Assembly: GCA_013265495.1 (NCBI GenBank)
Contig: MU061579.1
Span: forward strand, 3,531,319 to 3,595,318
DNA from: Vicugna vicugna
Lineage: Eukaryota
Reading direction: 5' to 3'
Length of the DNA stretch: 64,000 bases
Within the stretch, counting starts at the first letter, position 1. Each line of letters starts with the position of its first letter. The position numbers and the translations under genes were made by a program. The notes under the pieces were generated by a model that worked only from the letters and a program-made list of their open reading frames with translations, was not told where the DNA came from and made no database searches. Below, piece after piece: positions 25,882-39,567 of the stretch.

Positions 25882-28800
25882 AGCCCTTATATTAGAGTCC
25901 CTATTCTGCATTGTAATAAAATTTCTGGGGAATTTACATACAACATTGGTGAAAGAAAACATTTTATTAATACAGTATAATTTTTTAGCAAGAAAAATTT
26001 GGGTGGTTTTAATTACTATTCATAATTCTCCATACATTTAAGGAAAGAAACAAGATACTTTTCCTCATTTTCTGCTTTTTTCCTCATTCTGGACTTCACC
26101 TGTAATTATTCTCTACTTTTACATATCATGTATTCTTGCCTTTGTCCTGGCTTCTTTTCTTCACTATTTTTGTAATTACACCTTTTTAATAACCTAGCAG
26201 CAAAACTATGGATGCAGTCAAATAACGAATTTTGATCTCTATAATAATAATGAATGATAAGGAAAGTACTAGAAAACGGATAGAAATGTTATTTTCTCAA
26301 CTGCAGTATCACAGTGGAAGTCATGTAAGAAGGCAGATTCTTACCAGGACTTCCAAGTACAGCTATAAGGGGATTTAGTAAGTACTAACTGCTTAATAAA
26401 TATTGGTTGGATTTATGAGAGAATGGATGAATGATTTAATTCACCAAGAAGTTATAATAATTTTAAATTTGTATAAGTCAACAGTGCAAGTTTGTTATGC
26501 AATAGTGTATAGTAAGTCAAATTTACTTTATGAGTTCCCATAGGATAACCAAGTGTAACTTCTGTCTCAGGGCATTAAGCTATATCACCGATAAGTACCA
26601 CTAAATGCTTGGTTAGAAATCCCTTTATATCTCTAGTGACAACAATATAGAGTGCTGAAATGTATCAAAAACAAACACACAATAAAACACTAGTCCGGGC
26701 TTATTTAAAATCTTCTGGAAAGATATGATGATTCAAAATGTTATTCCTAATGAGATAGACATTACCAGAGATTCTGCAAGTTATTCACTCTTAAAATTTT
26801 TCCCAAGTCTAAAAAGCAGTCAATTTACCCTCTTAATGTTCATATATGTTCAGGCTTTGCAGGCAGGAGCAAGGATGGCTTCTCATCCCGTACATCTTGT
26901 TTCTTGCCTCATCAAAGCATTTTCTAATTCAAATTGCATTAAGTGGTGCAGATCAGAAGAGTACATCTAGTCATTGAATGAGGAAAGTGTTCCACTGAGG
27001 GCTGAGCTGAGGAATCGCTTAGAGCTTTTAACTATCAAGCTGTTTTCCATCTATTTATTTTCCATGACATTGATTATCATTTTCCCAAGACTGGTTTCTC
27101 AATAGTTTCTTTTCCTAAAGAGGTGGTATTAAAAAAAAAAAAAAAGTAATCTTCCTCCGTTACATAAATCTCAAATACCTAATCCACATCATATTGTCAA
27201 ACAGCCATCCTACCTAAACTCACCCAAATGTAATAAGACAAAATACAGTATTGTATCGCAAAGTAGGATTTTAAAGTTTTACTCACTTTATGAGTACAAT
27301 GCTGGGAACTGACGAAGACGGTACCATCTTAGAGTGTATTAATTCATCGTCTGTTTTGACCACATTCATTCATTTAACGATTGGAAGACCAAACTCTTTG
27401 AACAGGTTTCTTCTTAATTCCTTGATATTTGGCCATTTCTTTCTATACATTTTTTTCCAATTAATTGAACTAGCATAAAAAAAATTTAAGATAATTATCT
27501 ATTTTTCAGTGATTTATTTTTAAAAAGAGTTAAATTAAAGGAAAATTCAGTCCAATTTTCAATTAGAACACAAACTTTGTCAACATTCACCAGTTCCTCT
27601 AGCTGCCCACAATACAAAGCCACATGCTTTATGCCAGAAATTCCTTAATTATATTTAAAAGAAATCAATGAATAACATTTTGATTCTAACCAAACTTAAA
27701 ATTCACACCTTTTTCATGGGAAATCAACTCCCCTGCCAATAACCATGGTAGTAGATCTCAGGAATTTTTATTGAGAGGATACTGATATCCTTTCAATGAA
27801 TGCACAAATAGGAGATAAACATCTGAACGAGTTTTACAAGACTAATTATTGTCTCTTGAGAATCTGGAATTCTGATAATGAGATTGAAAGATGGCTTCTG
27901 TATGGGACTGAAGGTGAGACATATAAATGTGTAGTCAGTCAATGATGATGAGAACTAAAGAAGCTAAGAAATTTATTCTGCTGGAGCCATGAATAAAGCT
28001 GGCTGTTTTCAGAGAAGCACAAACTAGGGAAAATAATCCTGATCTCTTGATAATATCCAGAATAATTCAGAGAGCTTATCAACATACTTCATATAGGAGA
28101 AGGATCAGTGGTTAAAATGCAAACAATAGGTGTGTGTGCACGTGTGTGTCTTTTAACGTCCCATGAATTGAGAAATTTGATCACTTTTCAAGTCCCTTCT
28201 CTTCAAGACCATTGTAAACTCAGAAAAGTTTTATAAATGCTAAGGCCCATTTGCAATATACATATAAGTAAGTTTTAAAAAATGAAAGTGGTATGAGGGA
28301 ATAGGTACAATACATTTTTTCAGGTATAGCTCAGATTAGAAGTTATTCTCTCCTTAGAAAAGTGAAGGTTGTTTTTAAAGGCTGCCCCCACTACATTGCT
28401 GCAGAAAAAAAAAATTAAAAGAGAAGCACACTTTCAGAACTTCATGAACTTTTTTTCAGCAGAAAACATGAATAGGATGCTGTAGAACTAGTATTTATAG
28501 TTAATAAAGACTTTATACTTGAAAGTCTGATCTTGGAGCAAATGTAAAGAGAAAAATTACTTGGCAGAGCAACATTATTATAGGAAATTCACTTGAATAC
28601 AAGGAAATATGCCATTTTTCCATGATTTTGTTGAGGGTGTACAATAGGACTCATAGAAAAAATATATATTGGAATCATGCAGTCTCATAAAGACCTTAAT
28701 ATAGACCGAAATAAGTTGTAGTGAAAGGTATTGAGGAAAAGTTAAACAAGTTTCACATTATAGGAACAATATGAAAGGTATAAGTTTGAACAACTAAAAA

Positions 28801-31800
28801 TTGTTTAAAATAGTCCAATTCATAATAGAAGTCAACAGAAAGAATACATTGCAAAATTAGTATGTGATTGCACATAACTGAAGATACATCAGCATTTGGG
28901 GTAAGAGTATGATAATGTATATCTAACAATTGAACCAATGACCTGACGACTCTTAAGTTTATTTTCCATTATGAAGTATCATCAAATGTTGTTATTTAGT
29001 TATTGATCGAATCATATTATCTTCAACAGGAACACAGTAAACACTATGAAAAACCAATAGAGATGTTCTTGGACAAGTGCTTTGTGAAATTTATAAATTG
29101 TCCACAAAGATAAAAAAGCTCAAACAACAAAGGCATAATTAAGAGTTGCAATTTGTGTGGGAAAACAAAGAATGCTTTATCTTGTTACTGGGATTCCTGT
29201 AACTACAGTCGCAGTGTTGCTACCAATATGTGCACAAGGAAAGCAGAAGCAATACAGGAAATTCATCTTATTAAAAAAATACATACCAATGACCTTTACT
29301 GTTAAAAAACAGTAGCATGGTCTTTGTGCATGACCATAGATATCCTTTTTACAACAAGGATAGATGAATTAGTATACAAATCAATACTTAGCCTATATGT
29401 AATACATACTCAAAGGATTTTTTTTTAACTAAAATTTATTTTGTGAATTTTCATGATAACCAGAAAAGGTAAACAATACCTGCATGCCAATTTATCTTCA
29501 ATACCCTGAAAGAAAACAGTGGAGATTGAAAATAACTATGCAATTTTGATTCAGCATTGAAGTAATTTTTTAAAATGAATGAACTACATTGTGTAATTTT
29601 TCAACAACCAATGAGAAGAAATGAGCAGGGACTACAATAATATGCATTTTTGCTCTAAACTTAACTGTGTATCAAGGCAAAGATGAGATAAAAAGCTATA
29701 ACTTTGTGGATTTTTTTGTATACTTGTTTTAATTTTGAAGACTCCTCTACAATTCTGATTTCTCTCAGGCCCTAATGATTCTACTATACTACCAAGTTTC
29801 ATTAATTCTTGCTTACTTAATTGTATAATTTTCAGTAAAAACCATTGATTATCTTTTTAATTCAGCATTTTATTACTTTCTGTTTAGTACTTTTATTGTT
29901 TATAAGTCCTTGCACATAATTTTAAGTTTTAAACATATACCTGTGTTCACTTTATTTTCTTTGTCTATTAAAGCAATAATACAAAGCATTTGTGTGTTTC
30001 TGCTATTTTTTTGAGTGCAGATTCCACTCATGTTTCCTTCTTATTTTTTATTTGTATCTATTTTGACTGTAACTTTTTAAACATTATCCCTGGAAATTTA
30101 TTTTAGAAATTCTTTACAACCTTGAGTAGAATTGGGTTCCTCCAAGGTAACTTTTGCCTTTGCATCTGCCAAGCACCTGGAGGTACCTGGTCAGATTTCC
30201 AATTTGTGATTTTTGGCTTCTTGACTTCATACAAGTTGTGAATTTTGGCTACAAACCTGCGTTAGAGGAACTTTGTGAATATAAATTTTCAGTAGTCTTT
30301 TTACATGTTTTTGTTTATTACAGTTATTAGTACTGAACTTTCCAAGTGGCAGCAAGTTACAAAGGAATGAATTTTCCATTTAGTACCCAAGAAATGTATT
30401 TCATATTTTCACTTAACATTAGAGATTCTCACTTAGGTGTTCAAGAGCTCCTTCCATACCCCACTATGGATGCTCTATTCTTGGGTCTTAACTCCTCCCT
30501 GAGATGTCTTACACAGCTGATTTGAAGTTCAAATGGTCTGGAAGACCTCTGGCGAAATCATCGCTGCAGGGAAACACTCTCCTTGTTCTGACTCCTTGTC
30601 TGCTCAGGTCTCTGGCATTCTTATCAGATAACTGATGGTTTTAAACAGAAATGTTTTCTATTTTACCCAGAATTATTAGTTTTTTCAGCACAGGGGCAAT
30701 GCAGATAACCAGCCTGTCATATTAGCAAAAATAGATGTCCTTTTTTTTGTCAGTTTACTTGTTTTAAGACTGATGATGTTTCAAATGGTTTAACCACTGA
30801 GACTTTTAGTATACCTTAACAGCTAATTATTTTCTTTACTCATTACAGAAAGAAACTAAAGGCTACTATTATTAACTGGGCACTGTTAAATTTATGTTCA
30901 AATTCTGGAATAAAAACTGATAAAATATTCTCTAAAGGAATCAAAGAGTATATTAGAACTTCACTCTACACCAACCTGCCTTGTTGAAACATGCAAACAT
31001 CCAGTCTTGAAATGTGTTACACCTCTGGTCATAGTGTGTGATTTAACCTAAATCCCTAGGAAGGACTAAATCCATAATTCTTCCTTGCATATTTCATCTC
31101 CTAAACCAAATAGTTTCTGCTATTCCTGGACAGTTATAATTCTTTGATAGGAATTTTTAGTTTACTATAGATGAAAAATAAGAAAAACTTAACTGATGGT
31201 ATATGTAACCTGATTTATAGCTTAAGCCATTTACATGAAGCAGGTCATTGATGCTCAGGTAAAAACGACAAGTCTTGTCATTTCTCACAGCGTTATATAA
31301 ACACAGTATTTTTAAAAACGGTATGCTAGCTTTTATTTCAGTTATTAATATTGCCAAGTATTCAATGGTATAATGTACATTGAGTGGGCCAATGAGCAGC
31401 AGTGTTGATGCTGATAATTTGAAAATTTTCCTCCAAGAAGAAATGTATGTCCTCCTTGTAGGTGGATGAGTGGCTATGGGAAGAAACACCAGCATGTTTA
31501 TGGGTCCAATCTCATATCTTATAATACTTCTTTGAAATGGCTACATTTGACCCATTAATTTAATATTTTAGATAAACTCCAATTCTACATGTGTATCTGA
31601 AATATGTGATACATTTTATTTACACACAAGATGGGCATTTTGTGTCTTAGATGTTTTTTAAATTAGGATAAACTAAATGTATCAGGAGACGGCATAACTT
31701 ATAGAAGACTGTATTTTATTTTCTTGGAAACCTTTGACTTCTAGGAAGTTGACTGGCTTGGGGATTTATTAACACATATTAATAACGTCAGGACAATTTC

Positions 31801-32665
31801 TGAAATTCACTGCGAGTGGAAGCTATTCAGAAAAGATGCTGTCTGGGTTTTGAACAGGGTGACTTTCCTTAACGCACTCCACTTTTTCACCCATGTGTTT
31901 TCTCTACATTATTTCAGAGTTGAAATTAGTGCTATTGTCAAGAGTTCATAATGGAAGTGCCACTGTTATTCAGTGTTTATATTATACTGAAAACAACGAT
32001 CAAAGATTAATTAAAGGTTAAGGAACAGTGGGTTAGAAAACAAGTAAACACACACTCACAAAACTGGCAATTAAGGTTAGAAGCACATAATGAGTGGCAA
32101 AATTCCCTCTTAGTGATTAAGTATATACTGCAACTGAATGTAAAAATCAAAGGTGATAGTGACAGAAATTAATTTTGTTCATATCATGGACAGTTACAGG
32201 AGACACAGCACCAAGCAAGTTCATAGAGTTGCAAAAACTGAAAACACAAAAGACTTATTAAGGGCATCAAGTTCATCTCACGCCTGGTGAAAGCTTGTTT
32301 AGAAAAAGAATGATGGATGGTTCTTATTCTTAGTCTTCTCTAGTTTGAAACATTTGGAGAAGTAAAGCTTTTGCTTGTCCTCATTTCAATTCAGAACAGT
32401 CCCAATCTAACATATCCCTTTCATCATAAACATGCCCCATGTATATACCCAGAGCTCTCCAAAAAAAACTGCCCTTTCTGAAGCACAGCCAATTTTATCT
32501 TTTTTGTGCCTTTTCATAGTTTTCATACTGTTGAAATAGCCTCCCCAGATTTTCCATAGCATTTTCTTCAACTGTTTTAGGTCATCACAAAGGCCATCAC
32601 CGTCATGAAGCATTTCCTCAACTACTCAATTTTTACTTCTTTATCTTTACTTTTTAATTTCTTAA

Positions 32666-32870
32666 CTTTTTATTTTAAACTAATTTTAAACTTACAGAAA
32701 AGTTGCAAAAATAGTAAGGAAACCTTTATATCCTTCTTCCACTTTCCTTAATATTAATATTTTAATTAGTTGTAGTACAATTATCAAAAGTATGAAATTG
32801 GTATCATCACAATACTATTTAAAAACTACAGACTATTCAATTGTTGACAGTTTTCCACTACTGCCCTTGT
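32666..32870 (-). mobile_element. L1MB/MC-type 3' end
   Basis: aattttaaacttacagaaaagttgcaaaaatagta...gtacaattatcaaaa. Confidence 0.75.
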
Positions 32871-32980
32871 ATTGAATACCTGTAGCTAGATTCATGAGAC
32901 TGGAATTCATGGAAGAGATTGTGGCTAGAGATTATTTATTTGGGAATTATAAATATATAGAATATTTAAAATCATGGTTT

Positions 32981-33115
32981 GGGGGAGGGTATAACTCAGT
33001 GATAGAGTGTGTGCTTAGCATGCAGAGGTCCTGGGTTCAATCCCCAATACTTCCATTAAAAAATACATATATAAATCAATTAACCTAACTACCCCCCCTC
33101 AAAAAATTAATAAAA
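32981..33115 (+). mobile_element. tRNA-derived camelid SINE (vic-1 type)
   Basis: gggggagggtataactcagtgatagagtgtgtgcttagcatgcagaggtcctgggttcaatcccc, bipartite tail (aacctaactacccccc); degenerate TSD aaaatcatggtttgg / aaataaatgggtttgg. Confidence 0.9.
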
Positions 33116-33599
33116 TAAATGGGTTTGGAGGAGATCACCTAGGAAGTGACTGCAGACACAAAATAAGATATCAAAATATTTGTCCATGGAGGTGTTTATC
33201 ATTCAGAAACTGGGAAGATGCAAATTCACCAAAGAAACTGAAAAAGACTATCTAGTGAGTGCTGAGGTTGACATACCAAGTATAAAAGAAATACTGATAG
33301 TGGATTATTAATTTTGAGAAAGAAGTCCTGAATAAGAAATCTGGGATTTGACCCTATGCATACAGAGCAAAATTTAAATGATCATTTTTAAAGAAGGAAA
33401 GGCTGTGTTTATAGCTACAGACCCAGGTATATCAGTAGTTAATAGTTTTGGTAACATGTAGAAATTCTCTTCTATTAGCTTTATTTTTAAAGTGAAATTT
33501 CTAAAAGCAAGATCACCAGCTGAGAGTGAGGACCAAGGAGGAGGTGAAAATAAGGGTATCAAAAGTAAGAAATTTCAACAATCAAAGCTTCACACAGGG

Positions 33600-33953
33600 A
33601 ACAGCCTTCTTACTCACTAGCTGTCTGGGTTGTTTTATTTAAGCTCATCTACTGGGTGGATCTCTTCCAAGTGGCTCTTGGATTCAGTCTCTGTCCAGTA
33701 GCTGGCTCCCATGGACTTCCAGCATGAAGCTTCATCCATGTGCAGGAAGGGCCAGTAGGGGGAATGTGGAGTGGGAACATTAGTTCTTAACTGCCTTGAT
33801 TTTCAGGTGACTCATAATTTGTGGTCACATTTCATTGTCAAGAATGAATCACTTGTTCTCTGCTCAATTGTGACAAGGCCAAGCATGACCGTTTAGCTCC
33901 ATCACCAGGTGGAGGAAATGGCTTTTGTGAGCATGTAGCTCATCTTTGCTATA
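33600..33953 (-). mobile_element. MaLR LTR, MLT1J/K-like
   Basis: gtcacatttcattgtcaagaatgaatcacttg and ggaggaaatggcttttgtgagcatgtagc...ctttgctata. Confidence 0.6.
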
Positions 33954-35424
33954 AACGGGGAAAAGGAGGAAACACTACTTAAATCCTTAGGAAGATAAAA
34001 ATGATTGGATATAGGAAAACTGCTGAGCAGAACTGAAGTCTCCCTTGAGATTTATGATTCTAAGTGAGAGTATTTTGCATAGTTTAATCTAGTTCTTAAA
34101 GTCATGGTCATGTCTCTAAAGTTAAGGTAGTCAGTTTGGTTGTGATGTTTTCTGCCTGTGGGGACTAGGAAGAGAGCTGGACTTAATCACATTAGAGTTT
34201 TGCCTGGAAGGTTCAAGTGAAGGAGGCAACAGAGTTAAAGGAATATGCAAAGGAGTGATTATAAAGTTGACTGGAACAAAAGCCCAAATGGGAAGAACAT
34301 AAAGATAAAAACTGAGAAATAATGAAAAGATTGTAGGGTCAACAGACCCTGGGCCCCCTGGGATTTAAAAAAAAAAAGAAAAAGTTGAGTCAGGGACCAG
34401 AGGGGATGAAGCAGAAATGTAGAAGTTGTGGTCAGGTAGTAAAGAGCTTATAATTGGATGTGACAATGAGAGATGGGATAAAGAGGAAGATCATCAGAGG
34501 TGAAAATATTGGAAGTAACTTCTACAGGAATGTTGAAATAATTCTGAATTACGATAGGAGAAATAGAGTGGCAGTGATTCAGGGGATGAAATCTTCAGGT
34601 TATGAAGAAGAGTAGACTGGGGGACTGCAGATGATCATATGATTTTCAAAAGAGTTTTATAGACTAGAGAGAATCATCTGGAAGTGACAAAAAGGATCCA
34701 AAAGATGCCTGTTCAACCTCTAGGCACTGATGTGTTTGAGAGGAAAAACAGCCATCCTCAGAGAGATCCAAGGAAAACAAAGTCTTGGGGCACTGTGATG
34801 ATTTTGTTTTTAACAAGATGGTGAAGGAACTCTGGAAACAAGGGATTTCGCTGATAAAAAAAAAAAGGCATGAATTTCAATGGACAAATAAAAGTTTCCT
34901 TACTGTCCAGAAGAGTTAGATTGCATCAGATGAAGCGATTTACAGAGTTATTTCAGGATGAGAATCCTGTTGATGAGGGATGATAGGAAAGTAGTTAATT
35001 TCAGTAGCTTTGATCAGTTGACTGTTATTTTATATCTTTTCCCAGTTATCTCCGGAACACAATGCATTTGTTTAGGCAATGGTTTAACCTCACACACAAC
35101 ACACTTGGATACATATACACACACAAACAAAGGAGATATGACCTGGAATATAAATCACATGCATAATACTTGAGAGGCCAGAATGTAAATCAACAGAGAT
35201 GCCAAATGCATCATAAAGGCTGAAATACTGTAATAACCAGAGGGAAGAAATTCAGTTTACGTAAGTATTAGAGGATTTGGGTTTTATTTTTTTGTCAATG
35301 GTCTTATTGTTGAAGGAAGATAAACTATTATCTAAAATCAAGTGAGTCATTTTCATGTGATTAGACTCATCTGTTTTTGGAAATACTAAGGGATTCTCGA
35401 AGTGATTTAAAACTTAAGAAATTA

Positions 35425-35810
35425 TATTCTAAGTGAAGTAAGCCAGAAAGAGAAAGGAAAATATCATATGAGATCACTCATATGAGGAATCTAAAAAAAC
35501 AAAAAACAAAACAAAACATAAATACAAAACAGAAATAGACTCATAGACATAGAATACAAACTTGTGGTTGCTAAGGGGGTGGGGGGGGTGGGAAGGGACA
35601 GACTGGAATTTTAAATTGCAGAATAGATAAACCAGATTATACTGTATAGCACAGGGAAATATATACAAGATCTCGTGGTAGCTTATAGTGAAAAAAAAAG
35701 TGACAATGAATATATATATGTTCATATATAACTGAAAAATTGTGCTCTACACTAGAATTTGACACAACATTGTAAAATGACTATTACACAATTAAAAAAG
35801 TAAAAAAAAA
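35425..35810 (+). mobile_element. Relatively young camelid-type L1 3' end (5'-truncated)
   Basis: ttctaagtgaagtaagccagaaagagaaag, G-rich tract, tactgtatagcacagggaaatatat, gacacaacattgtaaaatgactat, A tail; candidate TSD aaattata at 35419-35426 and 35809-35816. Confidence 0.9.
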
Positions 35811-36097
35811 ATTATAATGTTTTGTTAAATTTATTAAGTCTATTATCATCCTGAAGATAGACAACTATTGAAAATAAATGAAGAATTGGTATCAAAGACA
35901 TGCAACCAGAATTTTAATTAATGCTTGTGCTAACTGATCTTTACTAACTGGGATGAAGAAATGTTATGTGGTAATTAGATTAAAAAATTTAGTAACAGAA
36001 AAAATCAGTATTTTATTAAGACTTAAACCACCTAATGCTTAACAGCATGGTGGTATAGGCTATATAAGTAGTAATCATAGCTGGTTCTCTTCCCTTT

Positions 36098-36640
36098 CCA
36101 GGTATACTCAGTTGAGCTAAAATGCTTGTTTTGAAAATGCAAATTGGTCCCAACTTGATTGATAAAGGAGGGAACTGTTTGGGCAAAATAAGAACTTTGT
36201 ATTTGCTTACATGCAGACTCATCAGGAGAAACACTAGTGAACACAGAAAACTGTATGTAACTGCATCGAGCCATGTAAGGATTACACAAACCGTGCAAAC
36301 TCCTAACATCTCTGCCAGCTACTTCGGTTCCCAATGCACATCAGAACTTTCCATCATTTCAGATAACCCTCCTTCCACCGCTTCCCAATAATCCCCAAGA
36401 TGTGTTTATTCTGATGCTCACTTCTGCAAATAAACCTTAGGTTTCTTTCAAGGTGAACTGACTTTGTTTTTTGTAGTATTTATAAAACTTTGCTACTATT
36501 TTTATTACGTTTCTTTTTTAAAAAAATTATAAGTCACTGATGAAGTTTTTGAGTGCTGTTCCCCTAATCTCATTTCTTTGTGTAAGTCTTTTGTGGTTTG
36601 TGTTTCATGATTCTATATAGTGTGGTAACTTTTGGGTAGA
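36098..36640. mobile_element. Tc1/mariner DNA transposon fossil, Tigger8-like
   Basis: gagaaacactagtgaacacagaaaactg, tttcagataaccctccttccacc and gtcactgatgaagtttttgagtg match my recall of the Tigger8 consensus. Confidence 0.7.
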
Positions 36641-36649
36641 ACTAACCAC

Positions 36650-37012
36650 ACTGGAAATTTATACTCCTCAGCCTTCTTTCAGTGGGGTAGGCACGATCAT
36701 GTGGCTTATTCTGGCTAATAGGCTATAAGCAGAAGAAACATGTAACTTGTCGGGTAAAGTACAGGCTCATAGACACACAACTCTCCAAGTGTCTCCTGTT
36801 CTGCCTTATCAGTGTGGGAAGTTAAGTATTCCAGACAGTGCAGCTGCAGAGGGTAGAACCTCGGTCAACTAGATCATTTCGTCTCTGCATGGAGGACAGT
36901 TTCTTTCAAGAAATTTTGGAAGAACATCAGATTTTATATAAGAGAAAAATAAATACTTACAATGTTAAGCCACTGAGATTTTGAAGTTGTCTCTTATAGG
37001 AACATGACTATT
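36650..37012 (+). mobile_element. MaLR LTR, MLT1H/I-like
   Basis: catgtggcttattctggctaataggctataagcagaag and aataaatac...tgttaagccactgagattttga. Confidence 0.75.
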
Positions 37013-37959
37013 AAAAAAGTAATCAACAAATTGCATGAGTCTGGGGTATAAAGTGCTTCACCATTGACCTATTCTGTGGTTTTTAACATTCATCTTTATT
37101 AATTTTACCTTGGAAGTATATGAAGTCCTCTGTATCAGAGGTGCTCGGTACTTCTTATTAAATACATCACAGTAAATATTAAGCATCTGTCCAACCTTGC
37201 CCTCTCTCACCCTAGCCCTTACCCTTAGAGCAGTGGGGTGAGAGCCAGGTCAATGGTCCTATGCAAATCACTGGACAACTTAGAGATGAGAGATGAGGAA
37301 GAATGATTTTATTTTGCTTATAAAGGAAAAGAAGCCACTGCCCCCTCCCCTCCTCAGCATCTACTCTCTACTCCAGCTCTTTGGTATAAAATTAAAATCT
37401 CTCCAGGAGCCAGATAGCCCCCCAGTGCCTCTGCTTTGGGCACTTAAGATGTGTCTAAGTTATCTGGCTTCACTGTTCTTTGAAATGCAAATATGTAGAA
37501 AAATGGCAGCTCTGGCCTTCTTGGCATGCTGGGAATTTGACCTAGGACCCTACTCTGGGATGTAACACTGGTCTCCTAAAGATAAGAATAAGTTTTATTA
37601 TCCTTTTGGATAAAACCAATTAAATAGAGAAGCATCTACAGATAGAATTCTTATGCTCTGTGAAGAATCTTAGAAGACTGAGGCTTTTTGCAGAAAACAC
37701 TGAGAAATCCAGGAAATTTTTTACTCCCATACCTATCAATGTAGCAAACAGGATGCCTCCTTTTTTTATTGCCCGCTAACAGGTTACTACAATTAATTGT
37801 TGAGTCCAAGTTGAGTTATATACACCTTCTGATAAAGTTGACAAATTATGTTTTTTTCTGAGATGGGATTAGATAATTTTGTGCTCCAGGTCAAAACAAA
37901 TACCAGTACAAACGGTTTTTAAATTTTCAAAGAATAACTTTTGTTTTCTGACTTAGTAC

Positions 37960-38210
37960 TAACAGTAACTAACACTTGTTCAAACACTAACTTTGGGTCA
38001 GGTACTATTTTAAGGGTTATATTAACTCATTCATTTCCCACAACCCAGTAAGGTAAGTACTATTAACAGCTTTATTTTACATGTAAGGAAACTGAGGTAC
38101 AGAGAAGTTAAGATATTTTTCCAAGGTGACACAGTAGATGTGTAGTAGCAATCTAATCCTAAGTCTGAATCTAAGACTCCAGTCTCTTAATTAATATACT
38201 CTACTGCTCT
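37960..38210 (-). mobile_element. Near full-length MIR SINE
   Basis: attttacatgtaaggaaactgaggtacagagaagttaaga...ccaaggtgacacag. Confidence 0.85.
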
Positions 38211-38339
38211 TAATATAGTGAGGTATATAATATGTTCCACTGATTCTCTCCCATGTCCATCCAACCTATGAGATTTCATTGAAGTGAGATGGAGATTAAT
38301 GGCTCAGTTACATCAACAACAATTTTGAGAGTGACGCAA

Positions 38340-38885
38340 AAGCAATTGCATAAACAGGCATAATATGTGCAATAATAGACTCAATAAGTGGGTCAAAAAC
38401 CAGAATGAATATAGCTGAATAATAAATCAGTGAGCTGGAATATAAGGCTGGGAATTTAATCAGAAAACATAAATGTAAAGTAAGTGGGTAATAAGAAGAG
38501 AAACAAATGTGTTCATTTACATGTAAAAAAGTCTCAGACAAATAAAAGTGAAATATCTATTCAGGCATATATATTTGAAAAATAATGGCAAAGAATTGCC
38601 AGAAGAAAGGAAAGGTGTGAGGCTTTATACTGAAAAGGTAATTGGCATGCCAAACAGCATAGATAAGAAAGAATTCACAGCTAAAAACCATACAAATTAA
38701 AAAATATCAAAGACAAAGTTCAAATTCCAAAACCTTCTAAAGAGAGAAAACCATAAATAAGAATTATACTGACATGCTTCTCAGCAAAAACACTGACTAT
38801 AAAAAGACAATGGAGTAATATTTTCAAAATGTCAAAGGAAAGAAACTTAAAGCTAGAATTTTATATCCAGTAAAAGTGTAAGTAT
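38340..38885 (+). mobile_element. Old L1 (L1M/HAL1) ORF1-region relic
   Basis: atagctgaataataaatcagtgagctggaa, aagacaatggagtaatattttcaaaatg and ctagaattttatatccag; no open frame. It continues after the gap and LTR to about 40.0 kb. Confidence 0.65.
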
Positions 38886-39567
38886 TGTGAATGAAAAATA
38901 CTGCAAACCATATCAGTAAACAAACAATGCTGAAACCATCAGGTCATCAGCAGCTGCCACCACCCAGCAATGAAGACAAGCCTGCAGCCCAGCCTCGCAG
39001 CCACTCACAATGGTGCACCCTGAGGGGACTCAGAATAAGAAAGGACAGGATACTGGAGATAGCTAGCTACTNNNNNNNNNNNNNNNNNNNNNNNNNNNNN
39101 NNNNNNNNNNNNNNNNNNNNNNNNNNNNNNNNNNNNNNNNNNNNNNNNNNNNNNNNNNNNNNNNNNNNNNNNNNNNNNNAAGAATTCACAGCTAAAAACC
39201 ATACAAATTAAAAAATATCAAAGACAAAGTTCAAATTCCAAAACCTTCTAAAGAGAGAAAACCATAAATAAGAATTATACTGACATGCTTCTCAGCAAAA
39301 ACACTGACTATAAAAAGACAATGGAGTAATATTTTCAAAATGTCAAAGGAAAGAAACTTAAAGCTAGAATTTTATATCCAGTAAAAGTGTAAGTATTGTG
39401 AATGAAAAATACTGCAAACCATATCAGTAAACAAAGAATGCTGAAACCATCAGGTCATCAGCAGCTGCCACCACCCAGCAGTGAAGACAAGCCTGCAGCC
39501 CAGCCTCGCAGCCACTCACAATGGTGCACCCTGAGGGGACTCAGAATAAGAAAGGACAGGATACTGG
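38669..39567 (+). repeat. 388-bp direct duplication flanking the gap (38669-39056 vs 39180-39567), probable assembly artefact
   Basis: Offset 511; two substitutions seen (38925 c / 39436 g and 38970 a / 39481 g). Confidence 0.9.
39072..39179. other. Assembly gap (108 N)
   Basis: Run of N seen directly. Confidence 1.

Larger units (their letters stand above)
32880..34950 (-). mobile_element. Long L2 relic interrupted by a SINE and an MLT1
   Basis: ggctagagattatttatttgggaattat...atttaaaatcatgg continues after the SINE as gagatcacctaggaagtga; purine-rich L2-like sequence runs to about 34.9 kb. Confidence 0.6.

Noticed and set aside
39057..39186. Restriction or ligation junction at the gap edges (agctagct, gaattc)
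   Set aside because: Not an exact known ligation junction, and the GAATTC is also present in the genomic copy at 38671, so it is probably coincidental.
38669..39567. Real tandem duplication or two LTRs of a provirus
   Set aside because: The duplicated unit includes the flanking L1 sequence and the same TSD, and abuts an N gap, which is the signature of unmerged contig overlap.
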